Shown piece by piece: positions 8,182 through 17,326 of a stretch of 39,410 nucleotides of DNA (its first letter is position 1; every line of letters begins with the position of its first letter). The notes beneath the pieces are model-generated. The model was not told where the DNA came from and searched no databases. It was given only the letters and a program-made list of their open reading frames with translations. Origin of the DNA: an uncultured Actinomycetes bacterium (GTDB lineage: Bacteria; Actinomycetota; Thermoleophilia; Gaiellales; F1-60-MAGs149); contig CAIQOY010000043.1 in the NCBI GenBank assembly GCA_903873565.1, positions 1-39,410 of the forward strand. The letters run 5' to 3'. Made by a program: the position numbers and the translations under genes.

Positions 8182-8973
8182 ATGCTGGCCGGTATCCGCA
8201 ACGTCAAGCGCGTCGGGCACGACGAGGAGGTCCCGCTCACGGACCACCTCGAGGAGCTCCGCAACCGCGTCATCATCAGCCTGCTCGCGCTCGCGGTCGG
8301 CTTCATCCTCTGCTTCTGGCAGCACGAGCTGATCATCGAGTTCCTCAACCGGCCGCTGCCGGCGAGCGTCCCGGAGCCGATCGTCCTGAACGTCGCCGAG
8401 CCGTTCATGATCGCGCTCAAGGTGTCGATCGCGGGGGCGGTGATCCTGACCCTGCCGGTCCTGATCTACCAGCTCTATGCGTACGTGATGCCGGCCTTCG
8501 ACCCGGAGCACGAGCGCAGCACCTGGCCCTACCTGACGGCGGCCTCGCTGCTCTTCCTCGTCGGGCTCGCGTTCGGCTACTTCCTGATGCTGCCGGCCGC
8601 CACGAACTTCCTCGTCAACTTCGACGCGGACCTCTACAACCGCCAGGTGCAGGCCGGTGACTACTACGGCTTCGCGGTCTGGATCCTGATCGGCTGCGGC
8701 CTGATCTTCCAGATGCCGACGGGCGTGTTCCTGCTGTCGGCCGCCGGGCTGATGACGCCGCAGTGGATGCGCAAGAACCGCCGCTACGCGATCTTCGTGA
8801 TGGCGGTCGTGTCCGCCGCACTGCCGGGCGGCGACCCGCTGTCGATGCTGATCGCCCTGGCGGCCCTGCTCGTCCTGTGGGAGGTCTCGATCTTCATCTC
8901 GGCCTTCGTCCAGAAGCGCCGCGGCGAGCTCGAGGATGAGGGCGAGGGCCTCGAGCCCGTCGAGGACGTGTGA
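8182..8973 (+). CDS. tatC: Twin-arginine translocase subunit TatC
   Basis: ATG at 8182 preceded by GAGGAGG. LTDHLEELRNR N-terminal motif and a six-TM TatC pattern. The upstream 123 aa of the track ORF are out-of-frame junk across tatA. Confidence 0.93.
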   Translation: MLAGIRNVKRVGHDEEVPLTDHLEELRNRVIISLLALAVGFILCFWQHELIIEFLNRPLPASVPEPIVLNVAEPFMIALKVSIAGAVILTLPVLIYQLYAYVMPAFDPEHERSTWPYLTAASLLFLVGLAFGYFLMLPAATNFLVNFDADLYNRQVQAGDYYGFAVWILIGCGLIFQMPTGVFLLSAAGLMTPQWMRKNRRYAIFVMAVVSAALPGGDPLSMLIALAALLVLWEVSIFISAFVQKRRGELEDEGEGLEPVEDV

Positions 8974-10310
8974 CGCAGGTCTACGCCGCCGACCACGTGC
9001 TTCCGGTCGGCGCCGAGCCCATCCGAGGCGGTGCCGTCGCGGTCGCCGACGGCGTGATCGTCGCCGTCGGGCCCCGTGACCGGGTGCTCGCCGACCATCC
9101 CGGCGCGACCGTCGAGGACCTCGGCGCCGCCGCGCTGATGCCGGCGCTCGTCAACGCGCACACGCACCTCGAGTACGCGGCCTACGGCGGCTTCGGCGAC
9201 GGGCTGCCGTTCGCCGACTGGCTGGCCGACCACATCGCGCGGCGCCCCCGCCAGGCGCCGGGCGACGTCGAGGCCCAGGCCGCGCTCGGCGCGCTCCTGT
9301 GCCTGCAGTCGGGAGTCGGCACGATCGGCGACGCCTCCTACGCCGGGGCCTCGCTCGCCGCGGCCACGGAGGCGGGGCTGCGGGGCACCGTGCACCTCGA
9401 GGGGTTCGGCGGGCCCGACGCGGACCCGGCCGCCGTCGCCGCCGCCCTCGCCGGCCGCCTCGATGCGCTGGCGCCCGCGGCGACGGGCCTCGTCCGCCTC
9501 GGCGTCTCGCCGCACAGCCCGTACACCGCCGCCCCGGCCGTCTTCGCGGCGCTCGTCGCGCTGGCCCGGGAGCGGGGGATGACGGCGATGGCCCACGTCG
9601 CCGAGTCCGTCGCCGAGCTGGAGGCGGTCGCCGACGGCACGGGCCCGATCGCGGACGCCCTGGCGGCCCTGACCCGGATCGAGGCCACGGGCCGCCACCC
9701 CGTCGACCTGCTCGACGCCGCGGGCCTGCTCGGGCCCGGGCTGGTCCTCGTGCACGCCGTGCAGCTCGATGCCGGGCAGGCCCGTCGCGTCGGCGCCGCC
9801 GGCGCGCCGGTCGTGCACTGCCCCCGCTCGAACGCGCTGCTCGGCTGCGGCATCGCGCCCGTCCGCGCCCTCGCCGATGCGGGGGCCGTCCTCGCGATCG
9901 GCACCGACTCGCCGGCGTCCGCCGGCGACTTCGACCTCTGGGCCGAGCTGCGCGCCGCGGTCCAGCTCGCCCGCGCCCGCGAGGGACGGGCCGACGCGCT
10001 GACGGCGGCGGAGGCGCTGCGCATGGCCACCCTCGGCGGGGCCCGCGCCCTGGGGCTCGAGGGCGCCGTCGGGGCGCTCGCGCCGGGGCTGCGCGCCGAC
10101 CTCGTGGCGGTCGACCTCGCCGACGCGGCGTTCGACCCCGTCGAGGACCCCGCGGTGGCCGTGCTGATGGCCGGGTCACCGGAGCGGGTCCTCCTCACCA
10201 TCGTGGACGGCGTCCTGCGCTACCGTAGGAGCGCCGACGCCCAGCGCCTGGCCGCGGCGATCGCCGCGGCGGAGCCCGCGCGTCGGCGGATGATCGAGGA
10301 CCGAGACTGA
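8970..10310 (+). CDS. Amidohydrolase-superfamily deaminase/chlorohydrolase-type enzyme (MtaD / aminofutalosine-deaminase / guanine-deaminase-like)
   Basis: Metal ligand pattern NAHTHLE, SPHSPY, HVAES, VHAV, GTDS. The GTG start overlaps the tatC stop (GTGA). Confidence 0.8.
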   Translation: MTQVYAADHVLPVGAEPIRGGAVAVADGVIVAVGPRDRVLADHPGATVEDLGAAALMPALVNAHTHLEYAAYGGFGDGLPFADWLADHIARRPRQAPGDVEAQAALGALLCLQSGVGTIGDASYAGASLAAATEAGLRGTVHLEGFGGPDADPAAVAAALAGRLDALAPAATGLVRLGVSPHSPYTAAPAVFAALVALARERGMTAMAHVAESVAELEAVADGTGPIADALAALTRIEATGRHPVDLLDAAGLLGPGLVLVHAVQLDAGQARRVGAAGAPVVHCPRSNALLGCGIAPVRALADAGAVLAIGTDSPASAGDFDLWAELRAAVQLARAREGRADALTAAEALRMATLGGARALGLEGAVGALAPGLRADLVAVDLADAAFDPVEDPAVAVLMAGSPERVLLTIVDGVLRYRRSADAQRLAAAIAAAEPARRRMIEDRD

Positions 10311-11209
10311 TGGCACAGGGCAAGCGCACCAGCAGCACGCGCAAGGGCGGAACCGGGTCGGGCCGCTCGGCGAAGCCGCGCCAGGAGGCGCCCGAGTCGT
10401 TCACGCCGACGCTCAACGAGCGCCTGCGCACGAAGGGCAAGTGGATCTTCGCCTTCCTCGCCGGCGTCTTCGCCCTCACCTTCGTCGTCGCCGGCGTCGG
10501 GACGGGCGGGCCGTCGTTCCTCGACATGCTCCAGCAGGAGCGCGCGGCCGAGACCCCCGAGACGGAGCCCGCGGACGACGCGGTCAAGACCGCGCTCGCC
10601 GGGACCGAGGAGACGCCCGACGACCCGCAGGCCTGGCTGGCGCTGGCCACCGCGTACGTCAACGCGGGGCAGCTCGACAAGGCGGGGGAGCCGGCGACGA
10701 AGGCGGCCGAGCTGGCCGGCGACGACGCGGCGGAGCAGTCGGCGGTCGCCGACCTCTACCTCGCGCTCGCCGCCGCGCTCCTGCAGAAGGCGCAGGAGGC
10801 CTACGCGGGGGCGGAGGGCGCCGGACTCGTCAACGGCCGACCGGCCGTGCCGCAGACCGTGATCCCCGGCCAGTCGCAGGGCGCGACGCCGTTCCAGACG
10901 GCCCAGGAGTCGATCGCCAGCGCCGGGTTCTCGGCGGCCTCGGAGGCCGCATCGCCGTTCCAGACGCAGGCCAGCGAGGCCTACCAGGAGGCGATCGCCG
11001 CGCAGGAGAAGGTGACGACGGCCTCGCCGGACGACCCGGCGGCCTGGTTCCGGCTCGGGCAGATCGCCGGCGCCGCGAACGACGGCGAGCTCGCGATCTC
11101 GTCGTACAAGAAGTTCGTCGAGCTGGCCCCCGACGACCCGCTGGTCAAGCAGGTCGAGGAGGAGATCGACCGCCTCGAGGAGGCGCTCAACCCGGTTCCG
11201 GTGCAGTAG
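10310..11209 (+). CDS. Membrane-anchored TPR-like repeat protein
   Basis: Basic N-terminus, one TM (WIFAFLAGVFALTFVVAGV), then TPR-like helices (DPQAWLALATAYVNAGQLDKA; DPAAWFRLGQIAGAANDGELAISSYKKFVELAPDDP). The start overlaps the preceding stop (TGATG). Confidence 0.6.
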   Translation: MAQGKRTSSTRKGGTGSGRSAKPRQEAPESFTPTLNERLRTKGKWIFAFLAGVFALTFVVAGVGTGGPSFLDMLQQERAAETPETEPADDAVKTALAGTEETPDDPQAWLALATAYVNAGQLDKAGEPATKAAELAGDDAAEQSAVADLYLALAAALLQKAQEAYAGAEGAGLVNGRPAVPQTVIPGQSQGATPFQTAQESIASAGFSAASEAASPFQTQASEAYQEAIAAQEKVTTASPDDPAAWFRLGQIAGAANDGELAISSYKKFVELAPDDPLVKQVEEEIDRLEEALNPVPVQ

Positions 11210-11260
11210 GCCGCCCGCTCGGCGCGACCGGGCGCGGGGTTCGGATAGGATCCCCGCCGC

Positions 11261-11333
<73 letters not shown>

Positions 11334-11347
11334 TCCGCAGGCCCGGT

Positions 11348-11382
11348 GGACGGGCGTGGCGGTGCGGCTCACCGCCCCGTCC
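11348..11382 (+). terminator. GC-rich stem-loop downstream of tRNA-Lys
   Basis: GGACGGG...CCCGTCC outer stem enclosing CGGTG-CGGCT-CACCG. No T-tract, which is common in high-GC genomes. Confidence 0.4.
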
Positions 11383-11402
11383 CGCCGGGCGAATCGCGGA
11401 TC

Positions 11403-11408
11403 TATACT
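11403..11408 (+). promoter_or_regulatory. -10 box TATACT placed to give a leaderless transcript starting at ATG 11416
   Basis: TATACT followed by 7 nt and then the ATG. There is no Shine-Dalgarno sequence between them. Confidence 0.45.
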
Positions 11409-11415
11409 CCCGTGC

Positions 11416-12747
11416 ATGGGGAGATCGACCGCTCGTCGCCGTGCCGTCGCGGCCGGCCTGGCGCTCGTCGGCGCATTCGCGATCGCCGTCGGCGTGGCCT
11501 CGGCACCCGCCGCGCCCGTGGATCCCCGGCTGACGTGCAACCCCGACGGCGTGGAGCGCGCACCGTCCGTGACCGTCGTCGAGGCGGTCGTGAAGCCCGT
11601 GGGTGCCGCCGACTGGCAGGCGTGGCCCTCCACGGTCCTGATCTGCTCGTCCGAGTCCCAGGCCATCGGCCCCCTGCCGGCCGGCGCCGCGGTGCGGTTC
11701 CGGTACGTCAGCGAGGACGGGCAGCTGACCGGCAGTGACGTGCGGGCGGCCATGCCGCCCGGTACGCGCTACCGCCTCCGGCTGCAGACCTCCGCGTCGC
11801 TCGAGCCCATGACCAGCCTGTCGGGCTGGATCGCCAACCCGGAGTTCACGTTCTCGGGCCGTGACGTCACCATCGAGGGCGACGTGGTCGAGACCCTGAT
11901 CGCGGGATCCGGCGGCGATCCGAGCACCCGCCCCTGTCCCCCGGCGGGCACACAGGGGAACGTCTCCGTGGACCTCCTGCTGCGCCCGCGCGTGCTGGAG
12001 GTGCCCGGCACCGTCTACTACAACAGCGACGGCATCGTCTACGGCACGAACGCCTGGATGTACGGCCACCCCGCCATCAGCTCCGCGGGCCTGTTCTTCT
12101 CGATCACCGGCTGCGGTGACGCCGATCCGGCGACGAAGGAGGGCTTCGCCCACGGATTCCTCCCCGCCGCGCGCCTCGCGGAGATGGGCATCCCGCAGGC
12201 GGTGTTCGAGACCGCCCCGCCCGAGGCGATCGACGGCTTCCTGCAGATGCTCAACAACTCCGTGCCCGACGGGGGCGCCGTGTTCAGCCGCGTGACCCGC
12301 GGCGGCGTGATCGGCGCGGCCTTCGAGTACCGCACGAGCTACTCCGCCCACGACCTCGGGGTCCGGCCCGACGCGGACAACCTCAACGCGATCCGGGTCT
12401 GCGCCGCCCTCGGCAAGCCCGTGGCGTCGACGCCCGGCGCCGAGGGCCGGACGGTCGTGACCTGCTCGGCCAAGCTGCGCTACATCAAGCGCCCCGCCTG
12501 GGCCCTGAGCGGCAGCAAGGGCGCGAAGCGGCGGACGGCCACCCTCGAGTTCGCGGCGACGACCGGGGTGCGCTACCGGGTCTCCGCCGTCAGGGGCGCG
12601 ACGACCCGGACGGGGACCTGCGTCGTCAGGAAGGGCGCCGGCCGCTGCACGGTGCGCCTCGTCGGCAAGGGCCGGTGGGCGGTCGCGGTCACGCCGACGA
12701 AGGACGACCTCGTCGGCGAGGTGGTCCGTCGGTTCTTCACGCTCTGA
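11416..12747 (+). CDS. Secreted hypothetical protein (443 aa, Cys-rich, possible Tat signal)
   Basis: N-terminus MGRSTARRRAVAAGLALVGAFAIAVGVASA|PAAP, with an RRR n-region, a hydrophobic core and an AxA site. Ten Cys residues in the mature part. Basic beta-rich C-terminal roughly 90 aa. I recognise no family motif. Confidence 0.7.
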   Translation: MGRSTARRRAVAAGLALVGAFAIAVGVASAPAAPVDPRLTCNPDGVERAPSVTVVEAVVKPVGAADWQAWPSTVLICSSESQAIGPLPAGAAVRFRYVSEDGQLTGSDVRAAMPPGTRYRLRLQTSASLEPMTSLSGWIANPEFTFSGRDVTIEGDVVETLIAGSGGDPSTRPCPPAGTQGNVSVDLLLRPRVLEVPGTVYYNSDGIVYGTNAWMYGHPAISSAGLFFSITGCGDADPATKEGFAHGFLPAARLAEMGIPQAVFETAPPEAIDGFLQMLNNSVPDGGAVFSRVTRGGVIGAAFEYRTSYSAHDLGVRPDADNLNAIRVCAALGKPVASTPGAEGRTVVTCSAKLRYIKRPAWALSGSKGAKRRTATLEFAATTGVRYRVSAVRGATTRTGTCVVRKGAGRCTVRLVGKGRWAVAVTPTKDDLVGEVVRRFFTL

Positions 12748-12771
12748 CGCGGCCGGGCGTCGACCGCGTCA
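12745..12771. terminator. Bidirectional hairpin between convergent genes
   Basis: TGACGCGG (12745-12752) pairs with CCGCGTCA (12764-12771). Both stop codons (TGA on each strand) lie inside the stem arms. Confidence 0.45.
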
Positions 12772-13806
12772 GCGCGACAGCTCGTGGAAGCGGTCCCGCG
12801 CCGGCAGCGGGATCGTGACGACGTCGGTGAGGCCCGCGGAGATCCCGGCGATGTCGATCCGCGTCCAGCCCTGGTGGGCGAATGTGTTGACGTAGACCGC
12901 CCGGCTCGTGCAGTCGGCGATGATCGACCACTCGGTCATCTCCCAGCCGCCCTCGCCGCCGCTCTCGCCGGTGCCGGCCGGCGTCATCACGGACCCGGGC
13001 GGGATGTCGAAGCCGTTGAGGATGTGGCGCGCGTACTCGACGCCCTGCGCGGGCGCGTCGAAGGCGGGCGCGGAGCGCGCGGCCCAGAAGGCGCGCACGA
13101 AGCGGTTGGTGGCGAGGAACCCGCCCGGCAGGGCCTGCATGCCGCCGCCGGAGCTCGGGGCGGCCAGGGTCAGGCCGGCCAGCTCGAGTGGCGCCGGCGG
13201 CTCAGCGGACAGGTAGGCGTACTCGGCGAGGTGCGCGAGCTGCATCGGGAACGGCGGCTCGTTCGTGAGCACCGTGGTCGGGTTGTCGTAGACGTCCAGC
13301 CGCCCCCGCGTCCACTCGAGGACGATCGAGGCCCCCGTGGCGTCGTGGACGGCGAAGTGGATCATCGGCACCTGGCCGCCGTACGCGGCCATGTGCGGCC
13401 CGTGGACCCGGACGTCGGCGAGCGCCGCGCGGCACTCGGCCACCGTCGAGCAGGTCGTGAGCAGGTACAGCGGCACCTCGTGGCACCCGATCGCCTGCGC
13501 CGCGTCGGCCTCCGCGACGGTCTCGAACTCGGCCGAGACGGGGAAGTTGAAGGCGGCGGCGACGAGCCCCGCGTCGTTCGCGCCGTCGATGATCATGCGC
13601 AGGCCGAGGCCGTTCATCCCGACCGCCGTGTGCGTCGCCGTCCACGTGCGGCCTCCGACCGAGGGCTCGCCGGCGAGTCCCGTGCCGGTCAGCTCGACGC
13701 CGGCCGGCACGACGATCACCTCGGATCGCAGCTGCAGGGTGAACTCGAGGGTGCGTCCGTAGACGACGTCCCCCTGCGTGCTGGTGAGCGTGAACGACGT
13801 GCACAT
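12769..13806 (-). CDS. Ntn-hydrolase, choloylglycine hydrolase / penicillin V acylase (linear amide C-N hydrolase) family
   Basis: Starts MCTSFTL, so the nucleophile Cys immediately follows Met1. 345 aa. RBS GGGGAG. The upstream 150 aa of the track ORF are junk across the divergent promoter. Confidence 0.85.
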   Translation of the reverse strand: MCTSFTLTSTQGDVVYGRTLEFTLQLRSEVIVVPAGVELTGTGLAGEPSVGGRTWTATHTAVGMNGLGLRMIIDGANDAGLVAAAFNFPVSAEFETVAEADAAQAIGCHEVPLYLLTTCSTVAECRAALADVRVHGPHMAAYGGQVPMIHFAVHDATGASIVLEWTRGRLDVYDNPTTVLTNEPPFPMQLAHLAEYAYLSAEPPAPLELAGLTLAAPSSGGGMQALPGGFLATNRFVRAFWAARSAPAFDAPAQGVEYARHILNGFDIPPGSVMTPAGTGESGGEGGWEMTEWSIIADCTSRAVYVNTFAHQGWTRIDIAGISAGLTDVVTIPLPARDRFHELSR

Positions 13807-13891
13807 GGTGGCTCCCCGATCGTGGTGGACCGACTCTAGGGCAGTCGGCGCAATGAGGCGGACACGTGTGCGCGCACAGCCCGCCGTCCGC

Positions 13892-13900
13892 TGGTATACA
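13892..13900 (+). promoter_or_regulatory. Extended -10 promoter element TGGTATACA
   Basis: TGn plus TATACA, with GTG 13907 six nt downstream. This is consistent with a leaderless MFS mRNA. Confidence 0.45.
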
Positions 13901-13906
13901 CCTCTC

Positions 13907-15523
13907 GTGGCCCAGCCCGCCCAACCCGCCCAGGCCGCCCAGCCCGCCCAGTCCACGCAGCCCGCCCTGCGCGTCCCGCGCGCGGTGGCGATCGTCTTCC
14001 TCGGCCTGCTCGGCGCCGTCCAGGGCTCGGCGCCCAACATCTCGAGCACCGCGCTCGTCAGCGCGAGCCGCGGCCTCGACATGGTCGGCGGCACGCTCGC
14101 GCTCGCGGCCAGCATCCAGACCCTGGCCATCGCCGCGACCGTGATCTCGACGGGGCTCCTCGCCGACCGCTTCGGGCGCCGCAACATCCTGATGCTGGCG
14201 CTGCTCGTCGGCATCGCCGGCAACCTGATCATCGCCGCGGCACCCGCCACGATCATCTACCTGCTCGGGCAGGCCGTGACCGGCATCGGCCTCGGCGCGG
14301 TCTATGGCGCGGCGTTCGCGTACGTGCGGGTCGTCGCCGAGCCGAAGAAGCTGGCCAGCGCCGTCGGCCTGTTCTCGGCGGTCATCAGCCTCTCGACCCT
14401 GATCCTGACCTTCGCCGGCGGCGCGCTCTCGAGCATCGACTGGCGCATCGCCTTCCTCGCGATCCCCGCCGTCGGCGCCGTCTGCCTGCTCCTGACGCCG
14501 ATCATCCTGCCCAAGCAGGGGCGGATGGCGAACCCCAAGTCCGACTACCTCGGCCAGCTGCTCCTGATCGTCGCGATCGTGGGGTTCCTGTTCGGGGTCA
14601 GCCAGCTCGGGCGCAGCCTGACCGCGCCGACCACCATCGTGCCGATCGCGCTGGGCATCGTGGTGATGGCGGTCTTCTTCTGGCACGAGTCGCGCAGCGC
14701 GCACCGCTTCTTCCCGGTCTCGCTGTTCCGCGACCCGCTGTTCGTGGCCGCGATCCTCGCGGGCCTGATCTACAACTTCGGGACGGCCGTCTCGTTCCTG
14801 CAGGTGACGAACCTGTGGCAGTACGTCAACGGCATCAAGACCAGCGAGGTCGCGATCTGGCAGCTGCCGCTGATCGCCGCGGGCATCGTCAGCGCGCTGC
14901 TCTTCGGGCGCCTGATGACGAAGGGCATGTCGAACCGCCTCGCGCTCCTGATCGGCACCATCACGACGGCGACCGGCTTCGCCCTGCTCGCGCTGTTCCA
15001 CTCGTCGCACGGGATCGTCGGCTTCCTGCCGGGCCTGATCCTGACGGGCGGCGGCGTCGTGATCTGCGCGATCCCCTTCGGCAACCTGATCCTCAAGGAG
15101 GCGCCGGCCGAGTACTACGGGCCGGTGACGAGCTCGCGCACCACGATGGGCCAGTTCTTCTACTCGATCGGCTTCGCCGTCTCGACGGTCGTGATCGACA
15201 AGCTCACGCTCGGCGGCACCGTCGCCAAGCTCGAGGCCGCCGGGGTGCCGCCGCAGCAGATCGGCACGGGCCTCGACGCCGTCACGGCGTACGCCTCGAG
15301 CAGCACCGCGCCCCAGACGTCGCTCGGCAAGAAGGCGCTGGCCGACGCCGTCGGCTCCTACGGCGGCGCCTTCGCCACGATGATGATCATCGCCGCCGCC
15401 GTCTGCCTCGCCGCCGGCCTCGTCGGCTTCCTGATCCTGAAGCGCAACGCGCACCGCGCGGACGCGCATCCCGCCCCGGTGGTCGACCCGTCGCAGGTCG
15501 CCGCCGGACCCGCCACCGCCTGA
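13907..15523 (+). CDS. MFS transporter, DHA2 (14-TM EmrB/QacA-like) type
   Basis: MFS motif GLLADRFGRRN between TM2 and TM3 and about 14 hydrophobic segments. The start is either GTG 13907 (leaderless model) or ATG 13853. Confidence 0.85.
   Translation: MAQPAQPAQAAQPAQSTQPALRVPRAVAIVFLGLLGAVQGSAPNISSTALVSASRGLDMVGGTLALAASIQTLAIAATVISTGLLADRFGRRNILMLALLVGIAGNLIIAAAPATIIYLLGQAVTGIGLGAVYGAAFAYVRVVAEPKKLASAVGLFSAVISLSTLILTFAGGALSSIDWRIAFLAIPAVGAVCLLLTPIILPKQGRMANPKSDYLGQLLLIVAIVGFLFGVSQLGRSLTAPTTIVPIALGIVVMAVFFWHESRSAHRFFPVSLFRDPLFVAAILAGLIYNFGTAVSFLQVTNLWQYVNGIKTSEVAIWQLPLIAAGIVSALLFGRLMTKGMSNRLALLIGTITTATGFALLALFHSSHGIVGFLPGLILTGGGVVICAIPFGNLILKEAPAEYYGPVTSSRTTMGQFFYSIGFAVSTVVIDKLTLGGTVAKLEAAGVPPQQIGTGLDAVTAYASSSTAPQTSLGKKALADAVGSYGGAFATMMIIAAAVCLAAGLVGFLILKRNAHRADAHPAPVVDPSQVAAGPATA
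13910..13963 (+). repeat. Imperfect 9-bp tandem repeat (GCCCAGCCC) x6 encoding (AQP)n
   Basis: gcccagccc gcccaaccc gcccaggcc gcccagccc gcccagtcc acgcagccc, immediately after GTG 13907. Confidence 0.8.
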
Positions 15524-15536
15524 GGAGGACCCTGAC

Positions 15537-17297
15537 ATGGCCGCTGACCTGATCCTGAAGGCGTCGACCGTCATCACGATGGACGCCCGCAACCCCCGTG
15601 CCGAGGCGATCGCCGTCGACACCGCGACCGGCCTGATCGCGGCGATCGGCAGCGCCGACGACTGCGCCGCGGCCGCGCCGGGCGCGACGGTCAGGGACCT
15701 CGGCGCCACCGTGCTGATGCCCGGCTTCATCGACCCGCACAGCCACCCGCTGCTCGGCGGCGTGGTCACGCAGGAGCCGGCGCACTGGATCGCCCCCTAC
15801 ACGGGCTTCCCGACCTTCGCCGACGTCGAGGCGCTGTGGCGCACGCTCGACAAGGAGCTGCCGCCGGACCAGGTCGTGATCTGCAACGGCCTCGACCGCC
15901 TCAACCAGGGCGCGCCCGAGCTGACCAACGCCGACCTCGACCGCTACTTCCCGACGCGGCGGGCCGTGATCCTCGACAACTCGGGGCACGAGGTCTACTT
16001 CAACAGCGCCGTGATCGCCCACAACGGCTGGGCGGACGGCAAGCCGCCGGCGGACCCGGTCGGCGCCCGCTTCGGCCGCAATGACGACGGCACCTCGAAC
16101 GGCCGCGCCTACGAGACCGCGGCCTGCCTCGCCGCGGTCGGCGGCTCGATCGCCGACGGCGTGCCGCACCCGCTGCTCTCGGCCGCGCGCTGGTACGCCC
16201 TGATGGCCAAGAACGGCGTCACGGCGACGACGGAGCACACCTACGAGGCCCAGCTCCTCAAGCCCTACGTGGCGCTGGCCTCGGCGCAGGACTGCCCGCT
16301 CCGGCTCGCGCTGTACCACATGTCGATCGACGCCGGCTGCGGCGAGCCGGTGCAGACGCCGATCGACGAGTCGCTGCTCTGGAAGCAGGGCATCAAGCTG
16401 TGGGCCGACGGCTCGCCATGGGTCGGCACGATCGCGGCGTCGTTCCCGTACCTCGACAACCCGACGACCGAGGCCGCGCAGATCCCGCTCGGCCCGGCCG
16501 GCGAGGCGATGCTCAACTACTCGCGCTCCGACCTCGACAAGGTGCTCGACGCGCACACGCCCGAGGGCTGGCAGATGGCCTTCCACGTCAACGGCGACGT
16601 CGGCCTCGACGTCGTCCTCGACGCCTACGAGCGCGCGCTCGACAAGCACGGCCTGACCGGCTCCGACCACCGCTGGCGGATGGAGCACTGCGGCGCCGGC
16701 CGCGGCGACCAGTTCGGCCGCGCCGCCCGCCTCGGGGTCGCGGTGTCGCTCCTGCCCGCCCAGTTCATCTACTGGGGCGACCTGCTCGACGGCACGATGT
16801 TCGAGCCGGAGATCGGCGGCCAGTGGCAGCGCGGCGGCGACGCCGTGCGCGCCGGCGCCAACGTGTCGTTCCACAACGACGGCTGCGTGAGCCCGCCGAT
16901 CCCGCTGCTCAACGTGCAGGCGATGGTCACGCGCCAGACGCCGTCGGGGAAGGTGCACGGGGCGAACCAGGCGATGACGCTCGAGGATGCCTTCCGGGCC
17001 ACCACCGTCAACGCCGCCTTCCAGATCGGCCGCGACCACGACCTCGGCACCCTCGAGGTGGGCAAGCTCGCCGACCTCGTCGAGCTGTCGGCCGACCCGT
17101 GGGCCGTGGACCCGCGCCACCTGACCGACGAGGTCATGGTGCAGGGCACCTGGCGCGGGGGGCAGCGGATCGACCTGGACGCGTTCCTCGCGGCCGTCGA
17201 GGCGATGGACCCGACCGAGCACCACCACCTCTCCAAGAAGGCGGTCGGGCGGCACGTCTGCTCGCACGGCGGCAAGGGCCACGACCACGCGCACTGA
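15537..17297 (+). CDS. Amidohydrolase-3 (YtcJ-like metal-dependent hydrolase) with His-rich C-terminal tail
   Basis: RBS GAGGAGG. MPGFIDPHSHP metal motif, FHVNGD and MEHCG motifs. Tail HHHLSKKAVGRHVCSHGGKGHDHAH. Confidence 0.85.
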   Translation: MAADLILKASTVITMDARNPRAEAIAVDTATGLIAAIGSADDCAAAAPGATVRDLGATVLMPGFIDPHSHPLLGGVVTQEPAHWIAPYTGFPTFADVEALWRTLDKELPPDQVVICNGLDRLNQGAPELTNADLDRYFPTRRAVILDNSGHEVYFNSAVIAHNGWADGKPPADPVGARFGRNDDGTSNGRAYETAACLAAVGGSIADGVPHPLLSAARWYALMAKNGVTATTEHTYEAQLLKPYVALASAQDCPLRLALYHMSIDAGCGEPVQTPIDESLLWKQGIKLWADGSPWVGTIAASFPYLDNPTTEAAQIPLGPAGEAMLNYSRSDLDKVLDAHTPEGWQMAFHVNGDVGLDVVLDAYERALDKHGLTGSDHRWRMEHCGAGRGDQFGRAARLGVAVSLLPAQFIYWGDLLDGTMFEPEIGGQWQRGGDAVRAGANVSFHNDGCVSPPIPLLNVQAMVTRQTPSGKVHGANQAMTLEDAFRATTVNAAFQIGRDHDLGTLEVGKLADLVELSADPWAVDPRHLTDEVMVQGTWRGGQRIDLDAFLAAVEAMDPTEHHHLSKKAVGRHVCSHGGKGHDHAH

Positions 17298-17326
17298 CGC
17301 CCCGCCGGCCGCGGTAGGGTTCTGAC

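Noticed and set aside
13910-13963. The short tandem repeats (also 26234-26314 and the Ala/Pro/Glu tail of tatA at about 8030-8150) as a CRISPR or minisatellite locus.
   Set aside because: The units are 9-15 bp, contiguous without spacers, in frame, and encode low-complexity linkers. There are no CRISPR-like repeat-spacer architecture and no cas genes.
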